A stretch of DNA of 64,000 nt from assembly GCA_020697715.1 (NCBI GenBank), contig JAEHCO010000001.1:892490-956489 (forward strand), given 5' to 3'. The position numbers and the translations under genes are program-made. Under the pieces are notes generated by a model. That model was not told the origin of the DNA. It worked only from the letters and a program-made list of their open reading frames with translations, and searched no databases. Shown piece by piece: positions 11,329-23,700 of this stretch. Positions within the stretch are counted from its first letter, which is position 1; every line of letters starts with the position of its first letter. The DNA comes from Methanobacteriota archaeon (GTDB taxonomy: Archaea > Thermoplasmatota > Thermoplasmata > SG8-5 > JAGLSY01).

Positions 11329-14300
11329 CTATGGTATTATCCAGGCATATGCTCCTGTGGAGTACACCCAGTATCCTTCACCGATCTGGAATTGATCGAT
11401 GTCCGGCATGACCTCTGTGTTATAGGCTGCTGCTCCATTGAAGCGCTCCACTGCTGTGACTGAGCCACCAGAATCTGTTTTCAGATCTCCGGCTGTGTAT
11501 CCCTCGACCTGTGATGGGAAACCGACCATGTTCCAGCCAGCCACCAGGTTTATCGTAGTACCTGATGGATTGACGCCAGTTACCTTGATAAAGCCATCTC
11601 CCACAGTGTCCACGAATATCCAGGCTCCCATTTCCTCATCCATGTAATTGTGGTTGATTCCAGGGAATGCCGAGATGTAGGTCTTCCAGTTGCTGCCGGG
11701 AGCTGCACTTCCATCATAGTGGTGGAAAGTGTTCCAGGTGGTGTCACCATCTGTATCCATCAGTGCATTTGGCAGAGATGTATCTCCAGGTAGTAATGGA
11801 AGTGAAACGAAGTTCCAGCCCGCTACTACAGGTATCAGATATTCCGGTGCTGTCACGGTGACTGTAACCGTAGTTACAGGTCCCCAACCATTTGGTCCGT
11901 TCCCACGAACACTCAAGATATGATCGCCAGCACCCCATGAGGACGTGTCAATGACCACTGTGAAGTTATCGAGTGGTCCATCCCAGAACAGATCGAATGG
12001 TGATGCTATTGCATTAGCCAGTCCTATGCCAGGATCGACAGTGTCGAACCATTCCGCACCATATAGGAATGGGAACACATTCTCGTCAACGGTCGTATTG
12101 TCCACGATATCCGCAGTTAGGGTGATAATGCCTGTTCCTATGGTTATGCTCAGTGGTGTTACACCATCAGCCAGCACATTGAAGGCTCCGGGTAGTGTAT
12201 CGAACTTGGAAACAATTCCCGAGTCTATACTATCGTATGTGCCATCTGTGGCAACCACGTAGTACCAGCAGTTCTCTGGATCCAGTATCTCATTGGTATC
12301 CACATACTGTGATGTACCAGCTCCAACGTTTCCAACCAGGCTGTATGGCCCTTCATACCACTCGCTATTTGCCTCATCGGCCTTGTAGATGTCATAACCA
12401 GTCACATCATATGCTCCAGCACCATCATCACTTGACAATGTCCATGTCAGTATCAGATCATCCGGACTTGTCGTGACGATAGTTTCCACATACATCTCAT
12501 CAATGCTGACCACATCTGCTGTAGTGGTGTCAGCTGGGTCGGTATCTCGGACTGCAACATAGAATGCTCCATTGAATCCAGCACCCAGGTCATATGAGAA
12601 TTGATCAAGACCTGGTGTTGAGTCTGTGGCCATTAGGGTCTCCTCACCTGCGAATGCTCCTGTCTGGGAGTAGTAATACTCGAAGGTATCATCGCCAGTG
12701 AATCCCGTGGTCGCGTAGAACATGTGTGTGCTGCCTGCAGGTACACCCTGGAACTGCCACTGATGCTCTAATGAATAAGAGGATCCTGCAGCACCATAAT
12801 CGTAGGTCACCCATACGTAGTCAAAGTATACTGCATCTGCTCCGCCTGGATCATTGTTGATGTAATGGACATCCAATGCCGCTATCTCCGCAATGGTGTC
12901 AACGCCATCTGCAAAAATATTATAGCTGGCCACTCGGTTATTATCACCATCGGTAGGCACAATACCTGTTCCCAACCAAGCACCTCCTTCGTTGATGGAG
13001 AATTCTACATCATTTGTGGCACCGTGGCCCGCCTGAGTAGAGAACTTCATCCAAAGGGTTGCTGCACTTACTGGATCGGGGTTTCCAGATGTGTCAAAAT
13101 TATCGATCCACATAATACCATTCTTGCCAATTGTGTTGGTTGTTCCGTCATCTCCATTGATCTGCGCGACAGTTGTTCCTGCTGTATCTCCAGCCTCTAT
13201 AACACTTGGCAGTGCATTGGCTGTTCCTCCGCCTGCTGAAAATAACTCAGTGATATCCTCTGTTACAGCATCTGCTGGCATCTGTGTCGCAGCATATGTG
13301 TTAACGATACCATTGTTTTCCACAGCTATATCACTGCTAGCTTGCTGGTAAAATGTTGATCCTGCACCTCCAGGCTGACTTAGAAGATCAGTTACTGGGC
13401 CAGGTGGCATCGAGTTCACAGTGTAGATATTGATCAATGTCTCATTGTTTATAGCCACTGCATCTCCTGGAAGCATGCTCATCACGGATATCTCGTACTC
13501 TGCCTCATCATCGAAGTCATACATCCAGTTCATCTGCTCGGTCTCGAGTTGAGCCAGCGTCAGAGTGGTGTCTTTAACATTAGTGTAGAGTGAACCCAGG
13601 CCTGCTGTCTTCTTCGATATCCTTATATCGTCAACATTCCAGCCAGTTCCACCACCTGCAAAGTCATCACAACCAGCCCAGTATCTTACCCAGACTGTAT
13701 TGTCACCAAGCCATGGTGTCAGGTCCACAGAATCTTCTACGAATCCTCCGCTTGCTCCGGTGAATGCATCAGCACCTCCGTCTCCATCTATTGGATTCGC
13801 ATATCCAGTTCCCAAAGCAGCATCATAGCCATTGGTCGATACGACCCTTGTCCATGCGGCTCCATCGGCACTGACATCCAGAACTCCGCCGTCCCAGCCA
13901 GCTTCCCAATCGTAGTTGTGGAACCATTTCCACTCTGCACTTGTGAAAGCTCCGGTCAGATCAAAGGGTCCGAATTCCAGTTTGTAGTCATGAGGTCCAG
14001 CCCCATAATTACCATTGCCGAAGTCCCATGATGTTGCCGGGCTATTGGCTGCATTCTCTCTCAGATCCCAACCAGGTGCGGCTGGTCCATCAGGTGTCCA
14101 GCCTGGTAGTATTCCACTTTCACAATCATCATTGAGTAGGTATGTGGTAGAGCCGAGATGATTGATCTCGATCTTTACTGGGAAAGGCCCTTGAGTTGTT
14201 GTTCCCGCATTCCCTATGGTTGCATCGATGGTTCTTGGTCCCCATTCATATGTGTTTCCATCGACCATTGAAGTGATACCGAAGCATCCGACATCCATTG

Positions 14301-16224
14301 GTGGTGCGATGTATATGTCCAGAGGGGCGATATTGTTGTTCTCATTGGATTCAGATATCGCATCAAGGTGATCTGGTATTATACAGAGTGCGTAATATCC
14401 CTCGTATCCTGTAGTATCCCAGTTGTAGGTGACATCGGATGTGCCTCCAGATGGTATGGTCCCTGCATTCTCCGTGCCTATTAGGGCACCGCCACTGGAT
14501 GGGTCTCCATCATATACGCCTACAATGACATCTGAACCGGTAGATGAACGTCCAGCATTGCTTACTGTTATGTGAACTGGGATGACATCTCCGCTATTTG
14601 GTGATGCAGAGTAGTTCAACCATGCATGAATGTATGATGGATTGTCCCACCATCCAGTTGGATAATTCGCAGGATTCAATGTAACTTCTCCTGTGCCATA
14701 ATCTAGGAAATAATCATCCCATCCGCCAGTACCAACTTCGAACATCTGCCACCAATCCCATGGGTCTGAACCGAACTCATTCTCATCTGCGAATATGGTG
14801 CAGTCAATTATATTGGAATATCCTAGGTTGAAAGATGTCTGGAACTCCACCATTGGGCCATATACTGTTTCATTGACCACTGCTAATGTTGGTGAATCAT
14901 AGTAGACATCTGATGCCTGGATGGCAACATCTGGAGTATTGTCTGCAAAGTCATAATAGACCGCCTGATGAACTTCCATTGTCTCTTCATCGTATATCGC
15001 GGCTATGACACCCAGCTCATCCAGGTTCCATGCGGGCATTGCCCCTCCACCAAGGTTAGCAGCTCTTACTACTGGGTTCCTGGAAAAGAATACATCCTGA
15101 TAGGTTATTGTTTCTCCCCTGTTAGTAAGTGTACCTTCAAGGGCCTCATCTGTACCCACCCACTGTTGCATGGAATATCTTATATTGTAATCCTTGACAG
15201 TGTATCCGGGACCTGTTGGTCCTAATGCATTGTTCCTCTGTACAACAGTGTTATAATCATCAACTATGAAGAAAGTGGTAACGAACTTGTCTGAATCATA
15301 ACCAAGGTCTCCCATGTTCCCAATTGATGATATGGCCAATGAGAAAGTCCCCTCCTCAAGGACATCGTCATATGAACCGTTCAATGTCATTGTCAGGTCA
15401 CTTGGTGTCGCGATCCTTGCATCCAAGTCTGTTTGAATGAACTCTGGAACTGCTCCTCCATCTCCATCCCATCTTCCTGTTGATGTTGAATCACAATCTG
15501 AGTAATAAGCACCACTGCCGTCATACTTTCCTCCAGCTCCACCATCTATGGCGAAACCACCGGCATTCATCAGATCATTTGCATCTCCTGCTGTATCTGA
15601 ATTAAGGTAAGCGGGGAATGTGTCCAGTCCATAAGGAGCTGTATAGTACTCTCTCATAGCAGCATCATCTGCTGGATCTCCTCCGAGAAGCCAATTGAAC
15701 TCTCCTGGAGCGAATTCCCAATCCTGCAATCCCCAATAAGATGCGCTGACGATGTTTCCATCCATCCAGCTGTTCAATTCCATAAGAGCGACATCATTCC
15801 TTGAGTAGGCCGCAGCCTGGTTACCTGCATATAGATACGCTGGTACAAAGGAACCATTGTCAATTCCAGATGCTATCTCAAGCAGAACGGTCCTGCCTGT
15901 GTCCACATCTGGGAACAGGGAATTTATTTGAGGAGGTTCTTCAGCTGCCAATATGACATTATCTCCCTCACTTGCTTTATAATCCGCTCTGTACTCGGTC
16001 AATTGTCTTATCCCGGGTGCAGAATCCAGAACAGTGCTTCCAGCCTTCATAGGTATTCTGTCAGCAACTATCTGCCGTGAAAGGTCAATGGATTCAGCAC
16101 TTACCAATGAATCTGAATTCGTAATACCAGATCCAATAAGTCCTGTAAGTGATGCCATTAGCATCACGATGATCAATATGCTTGCCCCAATTTTCTTATT
16201 TGTATGCATGCCCATTATATCCAT
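11329..16224 (-). CDS. Secreted non-S8 multidomain protein: Omp28-like domain, CARDB, jelly-roll domain, FN3-like domain and shared C-terminal domain (array gene 2)
   Basis: Start placed at MDIMG (GGAGGGA upstream); signal peptide; CARDB motif (ISESNENNN); GWDGG/WNVDDIRI jelly-roll; C-terminal GWNFVSLP...GWNMVGFP...GEGYWV. Confidence 0.75.
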   Translation of the reverse strand: MDIMGMHTNKKIGASILIIVMLMASLTGLIGSGITNSDSLVSAESIDLSRQIVADRIPMKAGSTVLDSAPGIRQLTEYRADYKASEGDNVILAAEEPPQINSLFPDVDTGRTVLLEIASGIDNGSFVPAYLYAGNQAAAYSRNDVALMELNSWMDGNIVSASYWGLQDWEFAPGEFNWLLGGDPADDAAMREYYTAPYGLDTFPAYLNSDTAGDANDLMNAGGFAIDGGAGGKYDGSGAYYSDCDSTSTGRWDGDGGAVPEFIQTDLDARIATPSDLTMTLNGSYDDVLEEGTFSLAISSIGNMGDLGYDSDKFVTTFFIVDDYNTVVQRNNALGPTGPGYTVKDYNIRYSMQQWVGTDEALEGTLTNRGETITYQDVFFSRNPVVRAANLGGGAMPAWNLDELGVIAAIYDEETMEVHQAVYYDFADNTPDVAIQASDVYYDSPTLAVVNETVYGPMVEFQTSFNLGYSNIIDCTIFADENEFGSDPWDWWQMFEVGTGGWDDYFLDYGTGEVTLNPANYPTGWWDNPSYIHAWLNYSASPNSGDVIPVHITVSNAGRSSTGSDVIVGVYDGDPSSGGALIGTENAGTIPSGGTSDVTYNWDTTGYEGYYALCIIPDHLDAISESNENNNIAPLDIYIAPPMDVGCFGITSMVDGNTYEWGPRTIDATIGNAGTTTQGPFPVKIEINHLGSTTYLLNDDCESGILPGWTPDGPAAPGWDLRENAANSPATSWDFGNGNYGAGPHDYKLEFGPFDLTGAFTSAEWKWFHNYDWEAGWDGGVLDVSADGAAWTRVVSTNGYDAALGTGYANPIDGDGGADAFTGASGGFVEDSVDLTPWLGDNTVWVRYWAGCDDFAGGGTGWNVDDIRISKKTAGLGSLYTNVKDTTLTLAQLETEQMNWMYDFDDEAEYEISVMSMLPGDAVAINNETLINIYTVNSMPPGPVTDLLSQPGGAGSTFYQQASSDIAVENNGIVNTYAATQMPADAVTEDITELFSAGGGTANALPSVIEAGDTAGTTVAQINGDDGTTNTIGKNGIMWIDNFDTSGNPDPVSAATLWMKFSTQAGHGATNDVEFSINEGGAWLGTGIVPTDGDNNRVASYNIFADGVDTIAEIAALDVHYINNDPGGADAVYFDYVWVTYDYGAAGSSYSLEHQWQFQGVPAGSTHMFYATTGFTGDDTFEYYYSQTGAFAGEETLMATDSTPGLDQFSYDLGAGFNGAFYVAVRDTDPADTTTADVVSIDEMYVETIVTTSPDDLILTWTLSSDDGAGAYDVTGYDIYKADEANSEWYEGPYSLVGNVGAGTSQYVDTNEILDPENCWYYVVATDGTYDSIDSGIVSKFDTLPGAFNVLADGVTPLSITIGTGIITLTADIVDNTTVDENVFPFLYGAEWFDTVDPGIGLANAIASPFDLFWDGPLDNFTVVIDTSSWGAGDHILSVRGNGPNGWGPVTTVTVTVTAPEYLIPVVAGWNFVSLPLLPGDTSLPNALMDTDGDTTWNTFHHYDGSAAPGSNWKTYISAFPGINHNYMDEEMGAWIFVDTVGDGFIKVTGVNPSGTTINLVAGWNMVGFPSQVEGYTAGDLKTDSGGSVTAVERFNGAAAYNTEVMPDIDQFQIGEGYWVYSTGAYAWIIP

Positions 16225-16602
16225 TCCTACTCCCTCCAAGATATCACGAATAAAGATGTGATATTGTTTTTATAAATCTCATATCTTGATTTCGAAGTTG
16301 AAAATATATATTGGAAGTAGGGCTATAAATAAGTATTCACTTAAAATATCATGGGTTTTTTATAATATATATATGTTTCTATATGATATATATATATCTT
16401 TGGGTTATCAATTGTTTGGTTGATTGAATTCAATATTATGAAAATTATATATATTGTTAATCTATTATACTATATATATTTTCCTATGGGATGTATTTAT
16501 ATGTTTCGCTCCGGCATTTTAACAATAGTTACTCGTCAGTTTTAAGAAAGAATCAACCCTCTATGCTGTTTGTAAAGGCTTGATAAAATAAAAAGTAAAA
16601 TG

Positions 16603-16626
16603 TGAGAGAGCCCGAAAGCTCTCTCA
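16603..16626 (-). terminator. Hairpin terminator after array gene 3
   Basis: TGAGAGAGC-CCGAAA-GCTCTCTCA; A-rich 5' flank on the + strand gives a U-tract on the - strand. Confidence 0.75.
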
Positions 16627-16644
16627 TTTTGCTTCTTTCTCTCA

Positions 16645-17061
16645 CTTACCAGTCCACAGTCCATATTGTTCCACTGCCGACCTTCACCCAGTACGCCTCA
16701 CCACGCTGTAGGACATAGTTATTCGCCAGTGTGATGATATTGTATGGCCCAGCACCGTAGCCCTCAACAGAGGTTGCTCCAGTATCTGCTTTGAGATCGC
16801 CAACATCATATGATGAATCATCCTGGGCGGGATAACCAATTAGGTTCCAACCAGTGTTCAGAGTGATGTCTGTATTTGTTGGTTCTTGACCCTCTCCGAC
16901 ACTCAGGAGTGCTCCGGCTGTTGTGAGCTTCACCCACATGCCCTTCGCATTGTCCACGGATGGCATATCCTGTGCTAATCCTGCAGCGAACTGTGCCTTG
17001 TCATAGGTCTTCCAATGGTCAGAAGCATCTGCTGGATCGTACCAGCAAACAACTTCCCATG
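16645..17061. repeat. ~417 bp exact direct repeat, copy 1 (copy 2 at 33314-33730)
   Basis: Line-by-line comparison shows identity up to the first mismatch at 17062/33731; similarity continues beyond it. Confidence 0.85.
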
Positions 17062-20000
17062 TGGTGTCACCATTACCCCAGTTCGCATCATCGAGAACTG
17101 TTAGCACATCTCCAGATGCTGTTATTGGGAATGAGACAAAGATCCAGTCTCCTGGCGCGGCTGTGCTGGTGTCGATGTCATATGGCACTGGTGCCACTCC
17201 TCCAGGTTCTGGCACTGCATTGGTGTTAGTATCCTCATTGCCAACATCATCCACTGCGCGTACGACATACCACCATGTGGTGACGTCGAACTCTCCCACG
17301 CCAGGATCCGTATATGTGTCGGTGCCTGCGGGTACACTGTCTATCAATGCTCCAGCATCCCATGGGCCGGCTGCATTATCAGCTCTGTAGATATTGTACT
17401 GAGCAACATCATCGGCTCCTGCACCATCATCTCCAGAAAGTGTCCAATTAAGGCAGTTATCATTCGTGCCGCCGGAAACAAGAGCCTCCACACGTACATC
17501 ATCGATATTCCATCCACAATATTGCCAGCTTCCATCACTGCCTCCTATTTCGAATCTTATGTAGACAGTTGCTTGGTTATCAGCCCATCCGGATATATCA
17601 TAGGTTTGTAGACCCCATGCGGAATCCGCTATAGTTGCTGTATTGGCCCATATCTCATTCCATGCCACTCCGTTTGTGCTGATCTCCAGATAAGCATGGT
17701 CATATAGTGGCTGTTCCACATTCAAATACCTCTGGAAGTAGAGAGTTGTGCCAGTTGCCAGGGAACAATCGATGGCTGGCGAGTATATGTAATTGGAATC
17801 TGTTCCCAGGTTTATTTCATAATCACCAGGATATGTACCAATTCCAGTAAGATCATTTCCTATGCTGAAGGTACCGCTGAACGCACCGTTCGGGTCTGCA
17901 TTTCCATAATTACCACCTAGTCCGCTAGGTGTATCTATTTCCCAGTCATTACTTCCGCCGCCAGTTGTCCATCCCAGTTCGGCAAAGGTCGGTGAGCCAT
18001 CGCCCTCGAAGTCTTCAAAGTAAACATCCTGGATAGCCTGTCCCCACCATTCCACTGTCAATCCAGTGACTGGCAAGACTCCACTATCTATCGTGGCAGT
18101 ATCTGTAACGGTTGCCGGGCCACTACCATCATTCAAGTCATTGTAGGTCGCGGTAATTGTGTCACCATTTGATACATGAAGAATTCCTCCGCCATCTGTG
18201 GCTGAAAGAGTGATCGTGCTCTCGAAAATACTTGTATCTGGGCCAGTTTCCGTGAGTGTCACGGTCTCACCCAATGGTTCCGTATTGCTGTTTATGTTGA
18301 TATTAACAGTCTCTGAAGACCCAGGGAGTGTGTTTAGATCGGTGTCGCCAACAGTTATCGTGGCCACATCTTCTCCAGCATAAACATTCTGATCCAGATC
18401 TATCGTTCCTTGCTGGGAAACATCCACTGCATTGTAAATGACCAGTGAATAATCCTGGTCGTCAGTACCATCAAAATCACAATCTCTTAGTATGTTAGTT
18501 CCAATGACCCGAACTGTATACTGGCCAACTTCAAGGCTTCCTGATGGAATATAAACACATTCCACATTGTTCACATTATCATATCCGTCTCCTGTGGTAT
18601 CCCAAATCGCTTGCGGGTCAGTATTTGCCGGTGTCCAGCCATTTAAGAATGCATTACCATGGTATATGTCACCCAATGGGCTCTCTATTTCAAGGTTAAC
18701 TTGATTCTGAAGCGTTGGGTTCGCACCACCCGTTGCATATAGGTCTGTGTATGCCAATGTGATCTTCAATGGCTCTGATGCATCGGCATATGAGAATGTG
18801 AATTCATCTGTCACGCCTGGTGTCAGTTCACCTACTTCGTCCTTTAGGATAAATGGTGCGGGAGGATCCATAATTGTTGGCAAGAACATCCTTCCCCATC
18901 CTTCATCTCTGTTTGGTATGTCCGCTGCGCCAATATCCACTGCTGTGTTTATTGTCAATGCCTTGGCCATGGAAGGTGTTATGATCTGACCGTATGTGGC
19001 CAGATACCATTCGTATATCACTGCAACACCGCCGGCCACTGTTGGGTTGGCCTGGGATGTTCCAGAGCACCACTCGTATCTATTATCATCATCGTAAGTT
19101 CCATATAGACAGTCTATGGAAGCATCTGTGGAGCGGGGAGAAAGTGTTCCAGAACCTGCTGCAACAACATCTGGTTTTATCCTATTATCATCGGTCCAGC
19201 CCCTTGAGCTGAAATCAATGATCTGATCTGGATTGTCAGCATCAGTGTTCGGATCAACATCGTTTCCATAGTTAGCCATGTCTGGCCAGTAATTCTCTGT
19301 CGCTCCCACCGTTATAACATTCTTCGCATTGCCAGGACTGCCTATGGTATTGGTCCCTGACCCATCATTGCTCGCTGCAACGGTGATTATCAATTGTTGG
19401 TTTCCAGCTGCATTGTCATCCGCATCCCTGACCGCATGGTCATATGCTTCATCACGAGCGTCATATGCCCCATATGTTGAGCCGCCCCATGAATTAGAGT
19501 GTACCATCACACCAGCTCTTTGGGCATCTTCTAAAATTGTATAATAATCTGCTGGGCCTGCCCAACCGCCAGCATCAGTGAATATTTTCTGTGCATATAT
19601 CTCGGCATCATATGCCAATCCCATTCCAGCGTAGTAGTCGCCGAATCCACTGTGAGTTACACCAGTTCCTTCGAAACCATTGGCAACTATAAGACCTGCA
19701 CAATGCGTCCCATGGCCATGTCCATCTGCCCAGTCGCCTGCTCCATATTCAGTTCCACCAATCACTCGATTTTCAAAATCAACATGGTTCGCATCCCCTG
19801 TGGTCCCGTCGCCTATGCCTGTATCTGCAATACCTACGATAACTCCATCGCCCGTCCATCCAAGGTGATTGACATATGTTCCGAATCCACCTCCTGTGTC
19901 TCTGTATGGTGTGTCTGGGTCACTATCTGGATCATCAACCCAAAGGAAGCCACCAATCTGTTGCATGCCGGATTCATCTTTAAGTTCATTCTCGATGTAT

Positions 20001-20524
20001 GGGGAAATGTAATGGACATCTTTAAAAGATGCCACTGTGTTCACGACACTGGCATCCTTCAATATTCCTCTTATGACATAGCCATTTGATGTTTCTCCTT
20101 CCTGGAAGACGTCGACATAATTCGCTATATCCTGCACGGTGTCCATCATACTGGCGGAATACATCAGAGATATGGCAACACCATTTCCATTTGCAGCTAT
20201 ATCTGGAGATATCTTCGCCTCGTTCGGTAACTCGCTGACCGTCTTCACATATGGAAGAGCCTCGGTGATAGTCTTTTCCGATCCCGACATCTTCACTTCA
20301 TATCCCTTTCCCTGAACATAGGTGATGATATCCACACCTATGGCATCCAGGGCATCGGACCACCCCTCCTGAACTGGTCCAGTGAAATCAACGTAATATA
20401 CGTCCTCCACATCGGCATATGCTTTCTGATCATTATCCGTGGCTAGACTTACTGGCATTATCATGCTAACAGCTATGATGATCGATATTAAAACGCCCAC
20501 GATATTCAATTTTTTAAATTCCAT
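16646..20524 (-). CDS. Secreted S8 serine peptidase, multidomain (array gene 3)
   Basis: Start MEFKK; triad IADTG / HGHGTHCAG / SGTSQANP; oxyanion AASND; FN3-like domain with inserted jelly-roll; shared C-terminal domain. Confidence 0.9.
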   Translation of the reverse strand: MEFKKLNIVGVLISIIIAVSMIMPVSLATDNDQKAYADVEDVYYVDFTGPVQEGWSDALDAIGVDIITYVQGKGYEVKMSGSEKTITEALPYVKTVSELPNEAKISPDIAANGNGVAISLMYSASMMDTVQDIANYVDVFQEGETSNGYVIRGILKDASVVNTVASFKDVHYISPYIENELKDESGMQQIGGFLWVDDPDSDPDTPYRDTGGGFGTYVNHLGWTGDGVIVGIADTGIGDGTTGDANHVDFENRVIGGTEYGAGDWADGHGHGTHCAGLIVANGFEGTGVTHSGFGDYYAGMGLAYDAEIYAQKIFTDAGGWAGPADYYTILEDAQRAGVMVHSNSWGGSTYGAYDARDEAYDHAVRDADDNAAGNQQLIITVAASNDGSGTNTIGSPGNAKNVITVGATENYWPDMANYGNDVDPNTDADNPDQIIDFSSRGWTDDNRIKPDVVAAGSGTLSPRSTDASIDCLYGTYDDDNRYEWCSGTSQANPTVAGGVAVIYEWYLATYGQIITPSMAKALTINTAVDIGAADIPNRDEGWGRMFLPTIMDPPAPFILKDEVGELTPGVTDEFTFSYADASEPLKITLAYTDLYATGGANPTLQNQVNLEIESPLGDIYHGNAFLNGWTPANTDPQAIWDTTGDGYDNVNNVECVYIPSGSLEVGQYTVRVIGTNILRDCDFDGTDDQDYSLVIYNAVDVSQQGTIDLDQNVYAGEDVATITVGDTDLNTLPGSSETVNININSNTEPLGETVTLTETGPDTSIFESTITLSATDGGGILHVSNGDTITATYNDLNDGSGPATVTDTATIDSGVLPVTGLTVEWWGQAIQDVYFEDFEGDGSPTFAELGWTTGGGSNDWEIDTPSGLGGNYGNADPNGAFSGTFSIGNDLTGIGTYPGDYEINLGTDSNYIYSPAIDCSLATGTTLYFQRYLNVEQPLYDHAYLEISTNGVAWNEIWANTATIADSAWGLQTYDISGWADNQATVYIRFEIGGSDGSWQYCGWNIDDVRVEALVSGGTNDNCLNWTLSGDDGAGADDVAQYNIYRADNAAGPWDAGALIDSVPAGTDTYTDPGVGEFDVTTWWYVVRAVDDVGNEDTNTNAVPEPGGVAPVPYDIDTSTAAPGDWIFVSFPITASGDVLTVLDDANWGNGDTTWEVVCWYDPADASDHWKTYDKAQFAAGLAQDMPSVDNAKGMWVKLTTAGALLSVGEGQEPTNTDITLNTGWNLIGYPAQDDSSYDVGDLKADTGATSVEGYGAGPYNIITLANNYVLQRGEAYWVKVGSGTIWTVDW

Positions 20525-20737
20525 TTTACCTTCTCCTTCCCTACACATCGAGAACCCTTGCCAGGTTCTCGAAAATGTAAATTCGATTTCCTTTGTTCAT
20601 TAAGTATTGGATAAAAAATAAATGTATAACATGCTATAAATAATTAGTTGTATAGTTTTTTCAACTAATTTTTTACTATTAATGTTTTTTGATAGAACCA
20701 TATAAAATAGTTTTGTCTATTTTTATAAATTGAAAAT

Positions 20738-20762
20738 ATGAGAGAGTCGAAAGCTCTCTCAT
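20738..20762 (-). terminator. Hairpin terminator after array gene 4
   Basis: ATGAGAGAGT-CGAAA-GCTCTCTCAT. Confidence 0.75.
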
Positions 20763-20777
20763 TATGCCCTCGCTCGC

Positions 20778-23700
20778 TTACCAGTCCACAGTCCAGGTAA
20801 TATCCGAAGATACATAGACCCAGTACGCCTCTCCACGCTGTAGGACATAATTGTCATCCAGTGTGATGATATTGTATGGTCCAGGACCGTAGCCCTCAAC
20901 TTTGGTTGCTCCAGTCGCTGTCTTCAGATCCAGAACATCGTAGATTGAATCATCCTGGGCCGGGTAACCGATGAGGTTCCAGCCAGTTTGCAGATCAAAG
21001 TTCGTCGTGCTTATTGGAATAAATCCTTCTCCAACAGTTAGTTCTGTCCCAGCTAATGAGAGTTTCACCCACATGCCCATAGTATTGTTGACATCTGGCA
21101 AGTCCTGTGCTATTCCAGCGGTTGCCTGTGCTTTGTCATAGGTCTTCCAGTGGTCTGCATCTGTCGGATCATACCACACGATGACCTCCCATTCAGTGTC
21201 ACCATTGCCCCAGTTCGCATCATCGAAAACTGTCAATACGTCGCCGGATGCAGTTATTGGGAAGGATACGAATATCCAATCACCTGGTGATGCCGCGCTG
21301 GTGTCTATGTCATAATATGGTGGTTGCGGACTAAATTCTGGAACTGAATTAGTGTTGGTATCCTCATTTGATGAAAAATCCTCGGCTCTAACAATATACC
21401 ACCAGAGTGTGGCATCTGCCATACCTGCTCCCATGTCAACCCAACTGGTTGTTCCAGATGGAACTGTATCCATTAGGGTCCATGGACCGATAGCAGTGTC
21501 GGATCTGTAGATATTGTACTGCTCCACATCTGGTGAGACGGACTCTGTCCAGCTCACAGTATTGTGGTCTGTAGGATCACCATCCACTGTCCAGCTAAAA
21601 CCAGCTATATTGGTATTTCGAGCTGCTGAGCCCCATTCCGCCATACTGCCAACCTGTGCAAGGCCTGCTACTTTTAGGTAGTAGCTGCAGGTCCATGCAG
21701 ATGCATCCAGCTGAGTTGCTCCAAGCACATTTGTGGTAAATGTCTCCCTCAATGTAGTAGGTGGTGAGCTTGTGGATACATATAGCCTAACAACTATCGA
21801 GTCTCCAGCATCCAGTGGAGTTACAGGTGGTGTCCATGTCGCGGTGTTTATACCTTCAGACTGAACAAGCCTGCTTGCAATACCAACTGCGGTTCCAGAT
21901 GTTATCTCTGTTTCCACACCTGCACTGCTTCTTTGCCAAACTCTTATTCCTGCATAGACTGGAACACGGTTACCCATGTTACCTGTGTTTGTTGCTGTAA
22001 TAGACTGGGTCAGATCGAGTGAGTCAGCTGCCAATCCATTGACATTCACTGCTGTAGTTGTGAGATATCTCTGCTCAACTGTGGAAGAACCTGCTGGCCC
22101 ATCATATTCCACGGTAAGTCCAGTCACCGGTACAGGTGGTGTTGTGTCAATAGTTGTGAAGGTCCATGTATCAGATTGTGTCGAGCCTGTTGCATCAGTT
22201 GCTATCGCGTACCAATTGTATGTGGTTTCTGAGAGCAGTGCTATTGCGCTGGTTGTGGCTGTGGCTCCGCTTGCAACTCCAACCACGGATGCGAATGGTG
22301 TGTCAGAAGGTGACCAGTAGAATACAATATTCATTGGATCTGATTCATAATCAGAAACATCAACGCTGAATGCCTTGCTCACTGGTACATCGAGCTCTCC
22401 ATCATATGGATCCGGGTTGGTAGGTTCATCCGGCCGTCTTGGTGCATCGATCAGTATCTCGGTCTCGGTCCAGTCTCCCCAGTTACCCTGGTCATCCTGT
22501 CCCTGGACCCATATCTTGTGCCATCCGCCTACCCAGCCAGTGGTATCAATGTGAGCTCCACTTACAGCTGCCTCGGCTGGAGAGCTGAATAATCCATCTG
22601 CTGGTGTCATTGAGACCGGTATTGGATTGACATCTGTCTTGTACTGAACCGCGGCAATATTATTGCCGCCGGTCTGCCAATCTTGTACATTGGCCATGAC
22701 CATGACTATTTCCCCAGGCGAACAAAATACCTTGTCTGTAAAGGCTTGTTCAGTTATTGGCCCCAGAATGTCTGGTTCGGTATCCCAGCCATTATAAACA
22801 TGCATGGCGACTATGTCTTGTCCGCCTTCTTTCACGAACTGGTTCTGTGCAATAAGTACCGTATTGGAGTTCTCCCATGATGCAGATCGCTGCTTGCCCT
22901 TGGTATAACTGTCAAGCGTCAGGTACTGCACCTTTGTAGCCACGCCACCCGTGTAGTCGTCGTCATAGAACATCAATAAATTCGTCTGGCCATATGGGTC
23001 GTACCTGGCATTTCTGTGCATGAACACATACATGTAATCATCTACTGTGTAATCCATGTCCAGAAGGAACCTTGATCCATAATCATGGTCACTCGCTACA
23101 GGCCCATATGGCCCGTATCCCAAATTTGCATTGTTATCGAAACTGTCTCCGCCATCATCGGTCCACATGACAATAACACTTCTGTCACCATCTGTGTTCG
23201 CACCCTTGAGGTAGGCACCATAGTTCCTATTGCCATTAACACCCTGGTTTGCGGATACGCCTTGTGGGAACATCAGATTGTCAGGAGAATTAAGAGCTGT
23301 CTTCATTGAGCTCCATGATCCAGTGTAATACTGGAATGTCGCGTCCCTGTCCTGGGCCGCTTCTCCACTGTCCCTTTCATAGTACCAAAGTGCTATGTTG
23401 CCGAGGTGATCTGTGTATGCATGCGGGAAGAAATAGTACATGCCAACTACACCTGGATCTATTCGTGTCAATGCAGACCATGTAGCTCCTCCATCAGAGG
23501 ATGATTTTCCTATTGCTGAGATAGAGACCAAGGAAGCAGTGCCTATGTCAGTACTTGAGTAACCGAAGTCCTCAACTATCAGATAGAATTGATCTCCATT
23601 TGGATACCATACTATGTTGGTCGTCCTGTATGTGTCTCTGCCAGCACTAACTACGCCTTCACCCTCAATGAAAGCATTTGACAATGTCCATGTGGTGTAA

